Shown: one piece after another, positions 28,390-41,904 of the stretch | Position numbering within the stretch: the stretch's first letter is position 1 | How the letters are laid out: every line of letters starts with the position of its first letter | Assembly (NCBI RefSeq): GCF_021028975.2 | Contig: NC_059428.1 | Span: forward strand, 86,428,001-86,492,000 | DNA: 64,000 nt | Source of the DNA: Sphaerodactylus townsendi | Taxonomy: Eukaryota | Reading direction: 5' to 3' | Position numbers and translations under genes: made by a program | Notes under the pieces: model-generated | What the model was told of the DNA's origin: nothing | Databases searched by the model: none | The model's input: the letters and a program-made list of their open reading frames with translations, nothing else

Positions 28390-28800
28390 GCCGCACACAG
28401 TCTTTCCAGGAGATAGATGGGGGAAACACCCCTGTTGAGTCTCCTTAGTCTCTCAATGGCTTTTGATGCCACCAATCACAATGTGTTTCTGGATTGATTG
28501 TTGAAAGTAGAGGGTTGTAGTGGTTCTGCTCTTAGATGGTTGGTACATTTCAGAAGTGCTCTCTGCGGCTTTTGCACTATGGGGTGTCACATGATTCCAT
28601 TTCTTTCTTCATGCTACTTAACACACACATGAAACACACAAGAAAGTTTGTTTGGAGATTGGGGTGAGGTGTGATCAACTCTATTTTCTTTTTCATCTAA
28701 TCCAAGCGAGGCATTTTGATATTCTGAATAAGTGCCTGAAGTCAGTAGCAGGACAGATGAGAGGTAAAATACTGAAACTGAATCTAGACAAGATGGGTGT
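28390..28800 (+). mobile_element. Old L2 LINE RT remnant
   Basis: AFDATNHNVFL and LNKCLKSVAGQMRGKILKLNLDK resemble L2 RT motifs. Confidence 0.6.
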
Positions 28801-29296
28801 GGAATCTTGCAGGTAGATAGTTTAACAGAACAATGTCTATGCCACTCTGGATTACGCTGTCTCTTAAAGCTAAGAATGACAATTTGGGATGTTGATAGAG
28901 TCCACATTGCGTTGGTTTGCACAAATAGCATCTGTAACTCAATGTGTTTTTTGCTACTTTCAGCTTGTACACTAATTGCATCTGCCCATGGAAATAAATG
29001 GTTTTGCCATGGTAAATCATGTTTTAGTAACAGCTTGACTAGACAGCTTTAATGTGTAGGTTCTTTTGAGCCATCTTTGGAAACAGCAATTGGTTGAGAA
29101 ATTGTATGGTCAGTTTACAAAATGGGCCCCACCATAACAAATATGTTTCTCATGCTCAAGGATTTTCACTTATTTACTGGTTCAATGTCCAACATCTTTA
29201 AGGCATTAAATGGTCAGCAAGGGAATCTAAGCAGCTTCTGGAGGCTGCCCTTGCTTCAGGGATTTAGCAGCTATCTGCCAGACATAGGGCCTTCTA

Positions 29297-29380
29297 TGGT
29301 GGTCTCCCATCCAAGTACTAACCAGTACTGACCGTGCTTAGCTTCTGAGATATGACAAGATCAAATTAGCCTAGGCCATC
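29297..29380 (-). mobile_element. 5S rRNA-derived SINE head or 5S pseudogene fragment
   Basis: Reverse complement tctcagaagctaagcacggtcagtactggttagtacttggatgggagacc matches the 5S internal control region with mismatches. Confidence 0.8.
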
Positions 29381-29989
29381 ATTTTAAAATCAATAACTTT
29401 GACTAGCAACCAGAAAGAGGAAGGTAGACTAAATGGGCTCTTGAACTGATCTAGGAGGCTCCTACATTCTAAATTTCCCAGTAGATTGCTTGAATTATAA
29501 TACAGAAATGGCAGGTTTGGGTCATAAAAAGAAAATGGTTCTTAACATGCCAAAGAAGTGTGATGGGCTGAAGACAGGGAATTTGTCTGAAGGTACCTAA
29601 TACAGGTCTACTACTGAAGTTAATAAAATCTAGTCCTATAAACTTCCAGCATTGCAGACCTCTTAAGCATCATATGTGAACCACTCAGAAGTATACAGCA
29701 TAATGGAGGCAACTCAACAACAAATGGAAGGCAGAGACACCAGTTTTTAAAGACACACATAGGACATGAAAGCAACAGCATCAGAGGCTACGGCAGGGAT
29801 TCTATCCAAATGGAATTCCATTAATATCACCTGCAACACTGCTCCGCCTCTCACCCATAATGTCAAGGTTTACTTACTCATTAAATCATTGCTCTATAAA
29901 TCCAATAACCATTTAATCATTATACTCTTGCATGCTCCCAGTGTCAATTCATGCTTTGTTTGGCAGCACAGTAGGCCTGATGCAGCAGA

Positions 29990-30709
29990 AGCAGCCCTAC
30001 AGAACAGCGGAATAACAAGCATCTCCAAGTAATTCTTCAATACATGCAGCAATGTAATAAAACTCAATGAGAGGAAAACATTGAGACACTTTAGAATTTT
30101 TAGGGCTACCACTATAAGAATATTTCTATACAATACAGGAATCCACCAACCTATGTATATACTCGCGTATAAGCAGAGTTTTTCAGCCCTGTTTAAAGTC
30201 ACCATTTTCTATACATCACAAAGAGGCTGGGGGCGGGCCTGGGACAACCTCACTGCGGCTGGGAAGCTGCTTGTTGAGGGTGAAGGGGGAACCCTGAGGC
30301 ACCCTGGCTGGCTGGGCTTCCTCACCCCTCACAGAGGGAGCTCCTTATTTGGGCAGTGACATCAGGCGGAGTCACTGCCCAAATAAGGAACTCCCTCTGC
30401 CTGCCTACTGGGTTTTACAAAGCCCAGCTATCAGGCAGGCAGAGGGAGCTCTTTGGGCAGTGACTCCCCCTGATGTCACTGCCCAAATAAGGAGCTCCCT
30501 CTGCCTCCCGGCTTCCCACCCTCGGCTTATACGCGAGTCAATAAGTTTTCCCAGGTTTGGGCAGTAGAATTAGGTGCCTTGGCTTATACACAGGTCGGCT
30601 TATACACGAGTTTATACGGTAGATAATCCCACAAGTTACCATTTCCCATTAAACTAAGTGTGCAACTAAATGTTGAAAGAAGTTTAAAAATGATGGGATA
30701 GTAGTGATT
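29990..30709. repeat. Duplicated copy of 35475-35727 (about 253 bp), interrupted by a MITE
   Basis: Direct visual alignment of the two copies, roughly 90% identical. Confidence 0.92.
30154..30619. mobile_element. Tc1/pogo (Tc2-like) MITE with TA TSD
   Basis: TIRs gtatatactcgcgtataagc / gcttatacacgagtttatac; the empty TA site is seen in the paralogous copy at 35637-35638. Confidence 0.9.
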
Positions 30710-33227
30710 GTTTATAAGCAGCTGCTACATCACCAGGATAATATGCACGAGACATTTTTGCAGACTGGTGATTTCTCCAATTGAAAAGTCTTTTTGAGAA
30801 GCTGAGACTGCATTCACAGAGTCCCAAGCAGAATATCTGCAACAGCGACAATCATGTTTGAGGGGTAAGAAGGAATTGTGGAGGGGGAGCTAGCATTCAT
30901 GTTTACATGCTGTGCAATAATTTAAGATTGAAGCATCATTTTTTCTTATATACTTAACTCAGCATGGCATTCTATATATGTGGCCTTGAACAGGTTACTT
31001 TGCTTTGTTAGATTAATGCGATTACTATGACAGCAAGTGGCTGGCTTTCCCACTTTCTCAATATCACATGATATCGCTTATGAACAGAAAACAACAGGTA
31101 GTTTACCAGCTTATACAGTTTGTGAAGGACTAAGCCCACTTTGCTTCCTTGATTATACAACAGCATTGTTCCTATAGCCCCTGAAGGCAGCCAGATTAAA
31201 TGGAAGACATCTAAACACTTTCTTGTGTCATCTTAAATCTACTACTTTTAGAAGAGGAAAGAGGAATTCGGTAAGAGGAAAAACAAGCAAAATCAAAGCA
31301 AAATCAGTGCAAAGCTCACAAAGGAATAGCAGGCGAAAATATTAAGCAAGTTGTACCCATAGTGGCAAAGGTGAGGTGGAGCCATAACTCATTGGCAAAG
31401 CATCTACTTGGCACACAAATGGTCCCAGATTCAATCCAAAGAATCTCAGCCATTTGCCCGAGACCCCAGAGAGCTGCTTCCAATCAGAGTGGACAGTACT
31501 GAACATGATACATCAAGGGGCTGATTCAGTAGACTGCAGCTTCATGTGTTCTAAGTTGAATGACTGTTTAGAACAGTGCTTCTCAGTCTGCAGCCTGAGA
31601 GTTATAAGAGGTTCCTTTACTCTTCTGCCATAGGTTTTTTGAAACCTGGGAGATGAGGAAGAAAGTGGTGAGAGAAGATAGAAGCCCTCAAGTTGATGGC
31701 AAGTGAGTTAAATACTTGTAGTCATACCAGCTGGCAGAGTCCCTCTTGATGCATTATCTTGGTGGAACATTTCCTCTTCTGTTTCTGCTCCAAATATATG
31801 CAGAGGCACATACACAAAAGGGGAAACTGCCTGATCCTGCTGCGTACCTTCCCTTCTTTTCTCTTTCTTAGGCTTAGTCATCTTTATTGTTGTTTGAAGC
31901 CTAGGAATGCAGGAGCTTGCTTGTAAATGGCTAGACTAAGCTTCCTGGACTCCAGCAAGCTTCTTGCCATTCTTGCTCCTTGGATACAAAATAAGTGAAG
32001 CACAAGTTACAGAGTTCAGCTCTTGCCTTACTCTTCCTTTACCTTCCTGATTCATTCCCAGGAATTATCCCTTTTACTTGGCGGTGGTCCACTGTGTTAC
32101 AATGGAAAACACATGCACTCATCCCGGTCTACCCTGAGAGAAGACAGTAGAACTGAACTCTTATCTTTTCAGCCCTGTTATTCATGAGGGGTATAGGTAT
32201 GTTGGGGCTTTATTAGTTTCAGACCTGTATTACTGAATAGTTAAATAACATGATTAAAGTGCCTCTGACATCTTCAGAGAGCTTTCTCCTCATTATGAAG
32301 AATTCACAGCTAACTATTACAAACCCAAAACTAAGTTTACAATTTAACAAACAGTTAAGGGTGTTCTTAAGGATCATCCTGACACCAGTATGCTTCAGAA
32401 GCAATCCTAAATAAGTAGGTCTAATAGGACTTAACTTGAGATGTGAAGATCCCCTCCCCCTAGAGTGGTAATAGAAAAATATGCTCCCTTTCATTCTTTT
32501 CAATAACATTTTTCCAATGCAAAACTTGGGATATTTCTAGGAAGCATTGGAAAAAGAGCTCCTACAGTATATTTTCTTTTTTAGAATGAGTGAAATGCAA
32601 ATTAAAGCAAGTTTTTTCACTCAAACCCATAGCATGAAAAAGGCAATAATTTCAGGAAAGACTGAAAACTTAGCTGATTTTGTTCCCCGCTTCTCCTTTG
32701 TAATTAGTGAAATGAAATACAATATTTGGCTCAACATGTATAGCATGAAACTTTTCATGACAATCTATAGCATTACATAATGATAATCTCCACTGAAGAC
32801 ATACATAACATTTTCAGTAATGTTTGTTAAAATGTAAATTACTTTGGTAGCAATTACTATGCTGTAACATGTGAAGTCATAATGCATTATTAAAGAAAAG
32901 TCAAGTGTTTTCAATGTTAAAAAGTTTAATAATATCCAAATATGGTGGTAAATATGCCTATTGTGACTATATCAGTCTCTGTCCAAATAATACTTTCTTT
33001 TGTCTACTACAGAATTTGTTTTCTACTTTTTATTTTTCCTACTTCTCAAATGGCAAAAGTTAAGATATGTATACTGTGGTAACATAGGGGGCAGCAGTTA
33101 ACTCCTTTTCAAGTGGTGGGTACATCTGCAATTTCTTATGGAAAATGAAGATATTTATACTTTAAAATCCCATACATATGCCTAAACTATTATTTTATAT
33201 GTTAACTGAATCATAAATGATGTGACC

Positions 33228-33759
33228 AAACTTATTTTGTCTACCCTTGCGTCGAGGAATATGTAGTCTGGGCAGTGCCTTCCTTTTGGATGTTTTCTGT
33301 GTTATTAAATGAGTAAAATAACCTCAGGTTTAATAGGAAAGTAAGTCTTTCATATGTTTAATTTCCTCCCAAATTTGGGTGTTTAAAAATATATTAACCC
33401 CCCCCCCCCTCAAGGTTTGTTGCTTTTTTCCTGCAGCTTCACAATATCTGGAAACTTGAGGCTTGCTCCCAGGAGGGTGTTCTTAGGACTGCAGTCTTTG
33501 TGATACATTACTAAGAATGCCAACTTTTTGTCAGTCAGGGCCTCTTGTGCCTTCAAGCATTGTACAACAAGCATGAATTGTGCAAGCAATTCTGACTATT
33601 TTCAATTATGTGCCAATTAAGCAGTCCATGATCTGAGACATGTACACCAGGAGCCTTTGCATATGACAGACATGACTGCAGTGTTAAACTTATTTGGTCT
33701 ACCCTTGCGTCCAGGAATTTGTAGTCTGGGCAGTGCCTTCTTTCTGGGTGTTTCCTGTG
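33228..33759. repeat. 74-bp direct repeat pair (33228-33301 and 33686-33759)
   Basis: 67 of 74 positions identical by hand alignment. Confidence 0.9.
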
Positions 33760-36700
33760 CGACCTATACTGTGATCTATAGCTTTATTTTACTTCATGCT
33801 GCTGAACTGTTGTAGAGCTCTTTATGCTGAGTTGATACACACGGACGGGAAAATTGAAAGTTTATGATAAGACCATGCTTTTAAAATACATATTGAAGTC
33901 AGATTAAGGTATGAGGTATTTTGTAGCTCTTGCATCTATGAATGAACCTAACTGAATAAATCTGAGCACAATGCACAGAGCTTACAATAATCACGTGGTT
34001 CTTTGGATTGATGGGGAATAGGCCTCTCCGTGAGCCACAAGACGATCACTACTAGCTCAGACATTGCATTGAATACTGATACCAAGTCAACAGCTAGTCA
34101 AATCTATTCCCTCTGATGCTGGTATATGTCAGAAGCAGGTATGACTAATGGATGTCCTGTGGCCAAGGCCTGGTCCATACATATTTATATACTTAGAAAA
34201 TGTATATGCTGCCTCCCCAGAGAATGTCACCCACAAGAGAAAGTGTTGGCAGAGACCAGAGTTGGTAGAATGAGCTACATCACTTCAGACTGAAGGCAGA
34301 GAAATACCGTTTTGAAAGATCCCCTCCAAAATGCTCCCTGCAAATAGAAAAGCAGAGGAAAGAAGAAATAGACCCTGTCTCCTTGCAGATCTAGTTTTCT
34401 ATTTTTATAGAGATTTTTTTGTAATGGAAAACCAGGTTCAGAAGTGGTCATCACAACGTGCAGTCTCAAGCAGCGTACCTCCTTCTACCATCTCAAGGGT
34501 CAGCCACTCCTGCTTCCCACACGCATGGCCCTGACTCAAGTAAACACAATAAATTAACTTCCATTGCTTAAAAAACAGTTACATATAATAAGAGCATAAA
34601 AATAAATGCAACCACTAACTTCTTCTTAGATCCAGCTAACCACACATGCATCCATCACTAACACAGATCTCTTCAAAATAATGAAATAACACTTTCAGAA
34701 GTCCAGTCTACTTGGTAGAGATTTTTACTAAACTGTACAAGAACTCAACTGTACAGTTTTTCTTAATGTGGCTACCACCACAGAAAATCAAGACATTTGT
34801 TCAGTGAAATGTTCCTTTCCTTTTCGTGTATGTATATCATGCTACTCAGTTTGCCTCTGCGTTAGCTTACTTGGACGTAATAGAATGTGTATAATGATGT
34901 GCATTTTTGGAGGAGACAGAATAGCTAAGCAAGCTGGACATACTGAGAGGCTGCTGACTTTGGGACTCGCCCCCTCAGCTGATCCAACAGAACAAGAGTT
35001 TGTTGACCTTCAGGACACAACTTAGCAATGTACACAGGTATGAGCGTCAAGTCTTGCAATGGAGCAGGGGGGCAGGTTTTTTTACTGGGAAAGTATTGCC
35101 AGTATTTTAATACTGAGAATGGGGTTAATTGTTCACTTCTATTAATGTGTAATAGTGAATAAGCCTGCCAATTAATAGTATGGCAAAAAAAAAAGCTGAA
35201 CAAATACAATTAGGCCTCTAGGAATACTAATTCAGAAAGTCAAGTTAATATTTTGCTGTTTGTAAAGAATAGCATACTCCTTTGAACAGACCAGACAACA
35301 TCCTTCATACAAAATATGAACACACTCATTTTAACATATCTACACAGAATGTTTCAACACAGTATAGAAAAATCTAGTATGTATACAATACTGTGATACT
35401 CCTTGGTGACACAGGTTCCTTGGTAGACTGCCACATGCACATGCAGTGATGAAATAGGAATGTGAAGCAATTGTAGCAGCCCTGCAGAACAGCAGAATAA
35501 CAAGCATCTCCAAGTAATTCTTCAATACATGCAGCAATGTAATAAAACTCAATGGGAGGAAAACACTGAGACATTTCAGAATTGTTAGGGCTACCACTAT
35601 AAGAATATTCCTAAACAATACAGGAATCCATCAACCTAGATAATTCCACAAGTTACCATTTCCCATTAAACTAAGTGGGCAGCTAAATGTTGAAAGAAGT
35701 TTAAAAAATGATGGGACAGTAGTGATTACAGTGTTATGTTTGGACATGGGAACCCCAAGTCCAAATTTCAGTTCAGCTGGGAAACTCGTTGGGTTATTTT
35801 TATTTTGTTCAAGTTGTGTTTTTTTCTCATGAACTCAAGGTGGATGACATATAGCAAGTCATTTTAATCACCAAACAAGACACTCAAAAACTAATGTGTT
35901 AGGAAGTCGGGAACTGCTAGGAAAAAACAGAAGAACAAGTATTAACAAGACACTTAAATGGCATAGAGATTACGTAATAGGATCTCACTTACAATCCACT
36001 ATTCTACAGCAGTGAAGAGCACAGGCCCCAATCATTTACCCAAGTAACTGTGCGGAACCATAAGCAAGTTTGTACTGTATAGCTTTATTACCTGAGCATA
36101 AAATCCCTCTTGAATAGTTCAGTTTTGCATAGTTTGCAGAAAGTCAGCAGAGTGATCTTGATCTCCTTGGGCAGGCCATTCCAAAAGGTTGCCGCCCCAA
36201 TGGAGAAAGCATGCATACAGACAGTTGTTATTTTGCCCATTTGCAGGTCAGCACTTGCAGAAACTCTTGCAGACATTAGCTTTGAGTATTAGGCTTTCTC
36301 AGACTTATCAAGACATGACTTTGAGTGGATAGGGAAGGAATTAGAAGCAGCTACATAAAATTTAAAAAATAATTTGACAATTTCAACATGATCATTGTTA
36401 AATGGACTGACCATTGGTTCAAGAACTAAAACAGCATGTAAATAGAAATCTGTAGGAAAAAAGCAAAGGGCACTTTACAGACATTAAGTGAAAACAAATA
36501 GCAATATCCAAGATTAAACAGTGATGTGAAAGCAGACCAAAGAAGTCCCAATGTGACAGATTTTTAACAATGGGATTGGGATGTAGTAGAAACCTAAAAG
36601 TGTGAAAAGACAATATAATTAAGGACATGATGCTGTAGCTGACTGCCTGATTTTCCTAAGAAATGGAGGACAGGCCTACGAGTGAACAAATGCTACACTT

Positions 36701-38128
36701 TGCAACACAGGCAGCCCAATCCAGATGTGGGGAGCTCTACGGTGGCTGGGGACAGTGCGGGAGAGCCGGTGCTGAGCTACCTCCAGTGGAGCTCTGAGGG
36801 GTGTAGTAAGCAGCAGGAAAACCCCACCACTGCCACCCAGAAATCTCAATTGAAAAAATTGAGATTTTTTTTGTGTGTGTGGCATAAATTAGGGTTACAC
36901 CAGGGCAGTTCCAGGTTGAAAGCCTAGTGGAAGTCAACTACTATAATCTTCACTCCCAGAAACATCCCTAGCCTACCTCTAGTTGTGCCAGCATCCTCCT
37001 TTACGCCAATGCAACTCTTGGGGTGGAAGCCTCTTCTTCCAGTTCTGTAGTTCCCACCCACCTCCCTATTCACCCTCCCCTCTGGCATAGGTGTCACTTA
37101 AACTGGTGGGGTGGGCAAATGTGTTGGTGCAGACTCACACTGCTTCCACAGTCCAGTCCACCCTCCCATCTGGATTGGGTTGTAAGATACCAGGTAACCT
37201 CTGAGCAACCTATTTGTTTTGAATGGTGTGTGTCACAATACATTTGTTGATCGAGAATTAGTAGCTATTCCTATTGACAAGGAGGAAGGGCAGCAATTCT
37301 ATTAAAAAAATGAAGGGCAGAAATCCTGAGATCCTGAGAAACAAGAACATAAGTGGAATCCGTTCAAGTGATAGTTAATGATCACATTCTCAAAAACTCA
37401 GAATCAAAAAAACAAGTTCAATAAGGCTTAACTCAGTCATTTTGACTTCTTGGCTTTCACAACTACCATCATGACCCCTGCAGCCATCACTCTGACTGAT
37501 TATGTTTAGATTTAAAGAAACAGAAGCCACACATGTTTTTTGGTTTGCTCATGCAAAATGCAGAAATGATTAATAAGTACTGTGCATTTTCATCCAAGTC
37601 ACTCACTGAAAAATTTAAGAAAGCAGAAACAAGTTATGATGTTGAAGGACCACATGTCAAACTATGATGACTGAACGCTGAACTGTGAAGTGAATATTTT
37701 TGATAGTAATGATGCTGACTTCTGAGTACATATGCTTGGAATCAACATTGCAAGGATCCAAGCACCCTTATCATAAATCCAGTTTATACTGCTATTCATT
37801 TTACAACGCACATTAAATATGTATTAGTACTCACACAGAGGCTCTCAGCTTTACAAAGCAAGTGAGACATTTCCAAGGGTAACAGCTGGGAAACAAACTC
37901 TCCAGTATTCTAGTAACTTCATGGACTGAACACATTCACTGGCCTCATTTCTCATTTTCTATCACCAAGACGCAAGGAGTAGAAAGAAAGTTATTCCTAA
38001 AATCACATATGGAATATCCAGTGTGGATTAAAGTCAAGAGCAATATACTTATATAACGAGGACCTCTGCAGGATGTAAATTAACCAGATCTGAATTAGCA
38101 CTGATGGGCATCAGACTTCTAATGGAGA

Positions 38129-38182
38129 CCTGCAGAAGTGACATACCTACAGTGACTTCCTGCAGAAGTGACATACCTACAG
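38129..38182. repeat. 24-bp tandem duplication with a 6-bp spacer
   Basis: cctgcagaagtgacatacctacag x2. Confidence 0.9.
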
Positions 38183-38639
38183 CAAATTTATCAATACAAA
38201 TAGCCTTACCTTACCATTCCCATCTCTTCCAAAGCAGATCCTAGCGTAAATGCCCATGCACTGGACTTTTTCATTCTAGCGTATCTGTCTGGCATATCTC
38301 AGAATCGTTATAAAACAGCGTAGATGGATATAGGAAAAGAGCTCTGATGCACCTCATTCATTGTGTGAAAGGCACTATCCAGTGAGTGCTTGCAATTTAC
38401 ATCACAGTCACATTTAGTAGAGTTGTGTGATGAAAGAATCTCATTTTCCAGAAACGAATTACCACAATTTGAATTCAGGAACCTGAGATACCCTCCTTCA
38501 CCTGGAAGGGATTCATGCTTGGATACCGCATAATGGAAGACTTATCTGAAAAGGCCATACAAGTTAAAATTATCTATTTCCATTTCAAAAAGACTCCATT
38601 TAAGGAAAGAAATATATGAACAAATGTTATTCTATGTTT

Positions 38640-38907
38640 TGTCAAAGACTTTCACGGCTGGATTCAACTGGTTCTGGTGGGTTTTCTGGGTTGTGTGGCT
38701 GTGGTCCGGTGGATCTTGTTCCTAACGTTTCACCTGCATCTGTGGCTGGCATCTTCAGAGGTGTATCACAGAGGGAAGTCTGTTACTTCACAATGTGTAA
38801 CAGACTTCCCTCTGTGATACACCTCTGAAGCCACAGATGCAGGCAAAACGTTAGGAACAAGATCCACCAGACCACGGCCACACAGCCTGGAAAACCCACC
38901 AGAACCA
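38640..38907. mobile_element. Penelope-like element inverted terminal fragments forming a long hairpin
   Basis: Inverted arms of about 115 bp containing ctgaagatgccagccacagatgcaggYgaaacg, typical of squamate Penelope ends. Confidence 0.8.
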
Positions 38908-40241
38908 AATTTTATTCTGCCTCTGAGCAGGATTAGGAGATATGGAGATAAAAGGAAAAGGGACATTTCCATTGAGACATATAAGAATACCCTGTCACTA
39001 AGAAGGACCCACAAGTTCTTGCTGGTGGAATCTTGAACTCAGCAATGCCTCTGAAGCATTCTTCTGTAATAATCAGAGTTATTGATGTGGAAGAAAATAG
39101 CAAATACTTGTCAATAGTCAAGTCACGCTTATAGGCGAAGCAAAGATTAGAGTGAAGAAGAGCTCTTGGTTGGATTAGCAATGAAAACCAAGGCATGGCA
39201 GATTCTCTGTGCTTATTAATACATTGTATAAACAAAGAAATATTGGGAATTGTGCATGTTTTGAAGTAGTGGCTCGGAGTTAACAATACAGGCAAATATT
39301 CTACAGAGGTCTGATTCACATGTTTTAATAATGTTTCTCCCTCTCTATATATGTTCTCTTCATTCACTTCTAATGCACTCAGCTCTACTCTTTAAAAGCT
39401 TAATAAATGTGTCCTATTAAAAAGAAATGGTGCCTTGTTTTTTGTTTACACCACAGCTGAGCAACATAGCTGACACACTATTTCTTAGATATATGCAGAA
39501 GGTATTTTCAGCATGTATTCAAACATATAAAAACCCATGAATACGATTAGCACAAGCATTGTTCAGACAGGTCACAGTGGCAACTGTAACTTGTCAAGTC
39601 ACTGGCTGACAAATCCAGATTTGCTGATGTCATGTGTAGAACAGTCGTCAGACTAAAACCCATAGAGGTAATGGTAGAATGCAACATTGGGGGATTCTGC
39701 ACAGCAAATGTATTAAGACGTTGCAGTTGTTATAAAGGAACCTGTCTTCCTTTTTTCTGTTCACATGCATGCCATGCAGGCAGTGACTGGAGCCCATAGA
39801 AACAAATCCAGGTTGCTTTGCGCATTTGTTTTGGGAATGGGATCTGTGTGAAGTCCCATACCCCCCCCCCCAAAACGGTTTGTATTGCACCCTACACCCA
39901 TCATATTTGCCCTGGGCGGAATCTACCATTCAGCAAAGGAGCAAGCAACAGTGCCAGAGAACCTGAATGTTTGTTTGCTCGTTTTTGCTCCGAGGTGATT
40001 TTATAAAATGGGGCAACGTGTTCGAGCCTTTACCATAGACCCCCAATTCAGAAATTAAATCTGCCAGTGAAGTCCTGCATAATTTTAATTCAGTTTAATT
40101 ATTCCTCAGCGCTTTTAGCCACGCTGCCAGGCCCACAGCCAGGACGAGACCATTGAGACTCTGGTCAAGCCCCCACCCCCCTTTTCCTTCTATGCTTCCG
40201 AGGCCACTGGAGTCTAGACTACAGGAAGGAATAGTAATCTA

Positions 40242-40750
<509 letters not shown>

Positions 40751-41904
40751 TGTGGGGGGATTAGGAATGTCCTAAATAAGAAAAAAGCACGCATGTTGCA
40801 TAAAGAAAGACAAAGTGTATCACAAGGGCTGCGCCTTCACACCAATAGAAAAACAGTACAGAACCTGAGAGAAGTTTTGCCCTTTCTCCTTGCTTGCTGG
40901 GAATTTTTTTTTAAGGTGACGGTGCAGCATATTAAAATTGGACCCCTCTGTCAGCCTTGAGTATCAGCGAGGAGGGCGGACTGAAAGCAAACCATTTGGT
41001 TTAGCTGAAATATGTTTTCTGGCAGTCCTGGTGTGTTTTGTACGTGGCCACTGCGTCATGACTTAGGCTGACCGCGTGTTAGCAAAGAGGACTCACGTCT
41101 CTTGCCCTGACACCGTGACTTGTTAGCTGCCTGCATTTTTGCTAACACGATGCCTATTGTGTCGTACGCATGGCATTAATCACTTTGCTAAATTCTAGGC
41201 TGCCCTATCAGCCAAAAGCAGCTTACAGAATCACCATAAATTAAAATCCCCGTAATGACAGTGGAGTCCTAGCTGTGCAGCATATTGTGCAGATCAACCA
41301 GGCGACAACTCCTTTCGCCTATTAGAAGTCTGCAAGAATTGCAAGCGCAGAGCTCGACAGAGCCCCACCCCCCGCCCCCCTCAGATCTGAGTTGAAAACT
41401 CCGGGATTTGCTTCTATTTCAGCGGGTCTAACAACATGGGGCCGCCCGATCACAGCCGCGCAAAAGTCCTGGGAGTCAATCTTGCCCCTAACAAACATGG
41501 CGTTATACGGAACCAGGAAGTCCGGTGTGAAGCTGAAGCCATTCCCATGTCTATGTTCCAGAAGAGGAAGAGAGTGATGGGGGTGGGGGTTGATTACTGT
41601 TGAGAGGATTGGGGGATCAAAACTTTAAAAACCATTAAGCATTTGTTCAGGTTAAGAAATGAGCTGGGCGTTATCTGTTGTCCTATTATTGCTGGGGGAG
41701 GGGCGGGGAAACGATGTTGCTATACATAAAGAGTGAGTAGCAAAGAGGATGAGGTAGGAAGCGGGACAAGTGGTGTAACTGAGGGGAAGGGAAAAGGGGG
41801 GTGGGGTGAACAGCGGGAGCCCTAAGGGAAGAGAGCAAGCTGCTGGCAAGAGGAAAGTCGTGTACAGCAAGAAGCAGACTTAAAAAACAAAACGGTTTAA
41901 CATA

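Noticed and set aside
29297-29380. Functional 5S rRNA gene
   Set aside because: Partial and diverged, with no proper 5' or 3' ends; a SINE or pseudogene fragment
30764-30864. Exon-like + strand segment (tttttgcag|...|gtaaga) suggesting a nested antisense gene
   Set aside because: The best frame has an in-frame TGA, and no consistent chain of partner exons or recognisable protein was found
37664-37725. Box C/D snoRNA-like pattern (ATGATGA...CTGA) on the + strand, with a 12-nt match to 28S rRNA (atgactgaacgc)
   Set aside because: It is antisense to the host gene, the terminal stem is only 2 bp, and the rRNA match is same-sense rather than guide-sense
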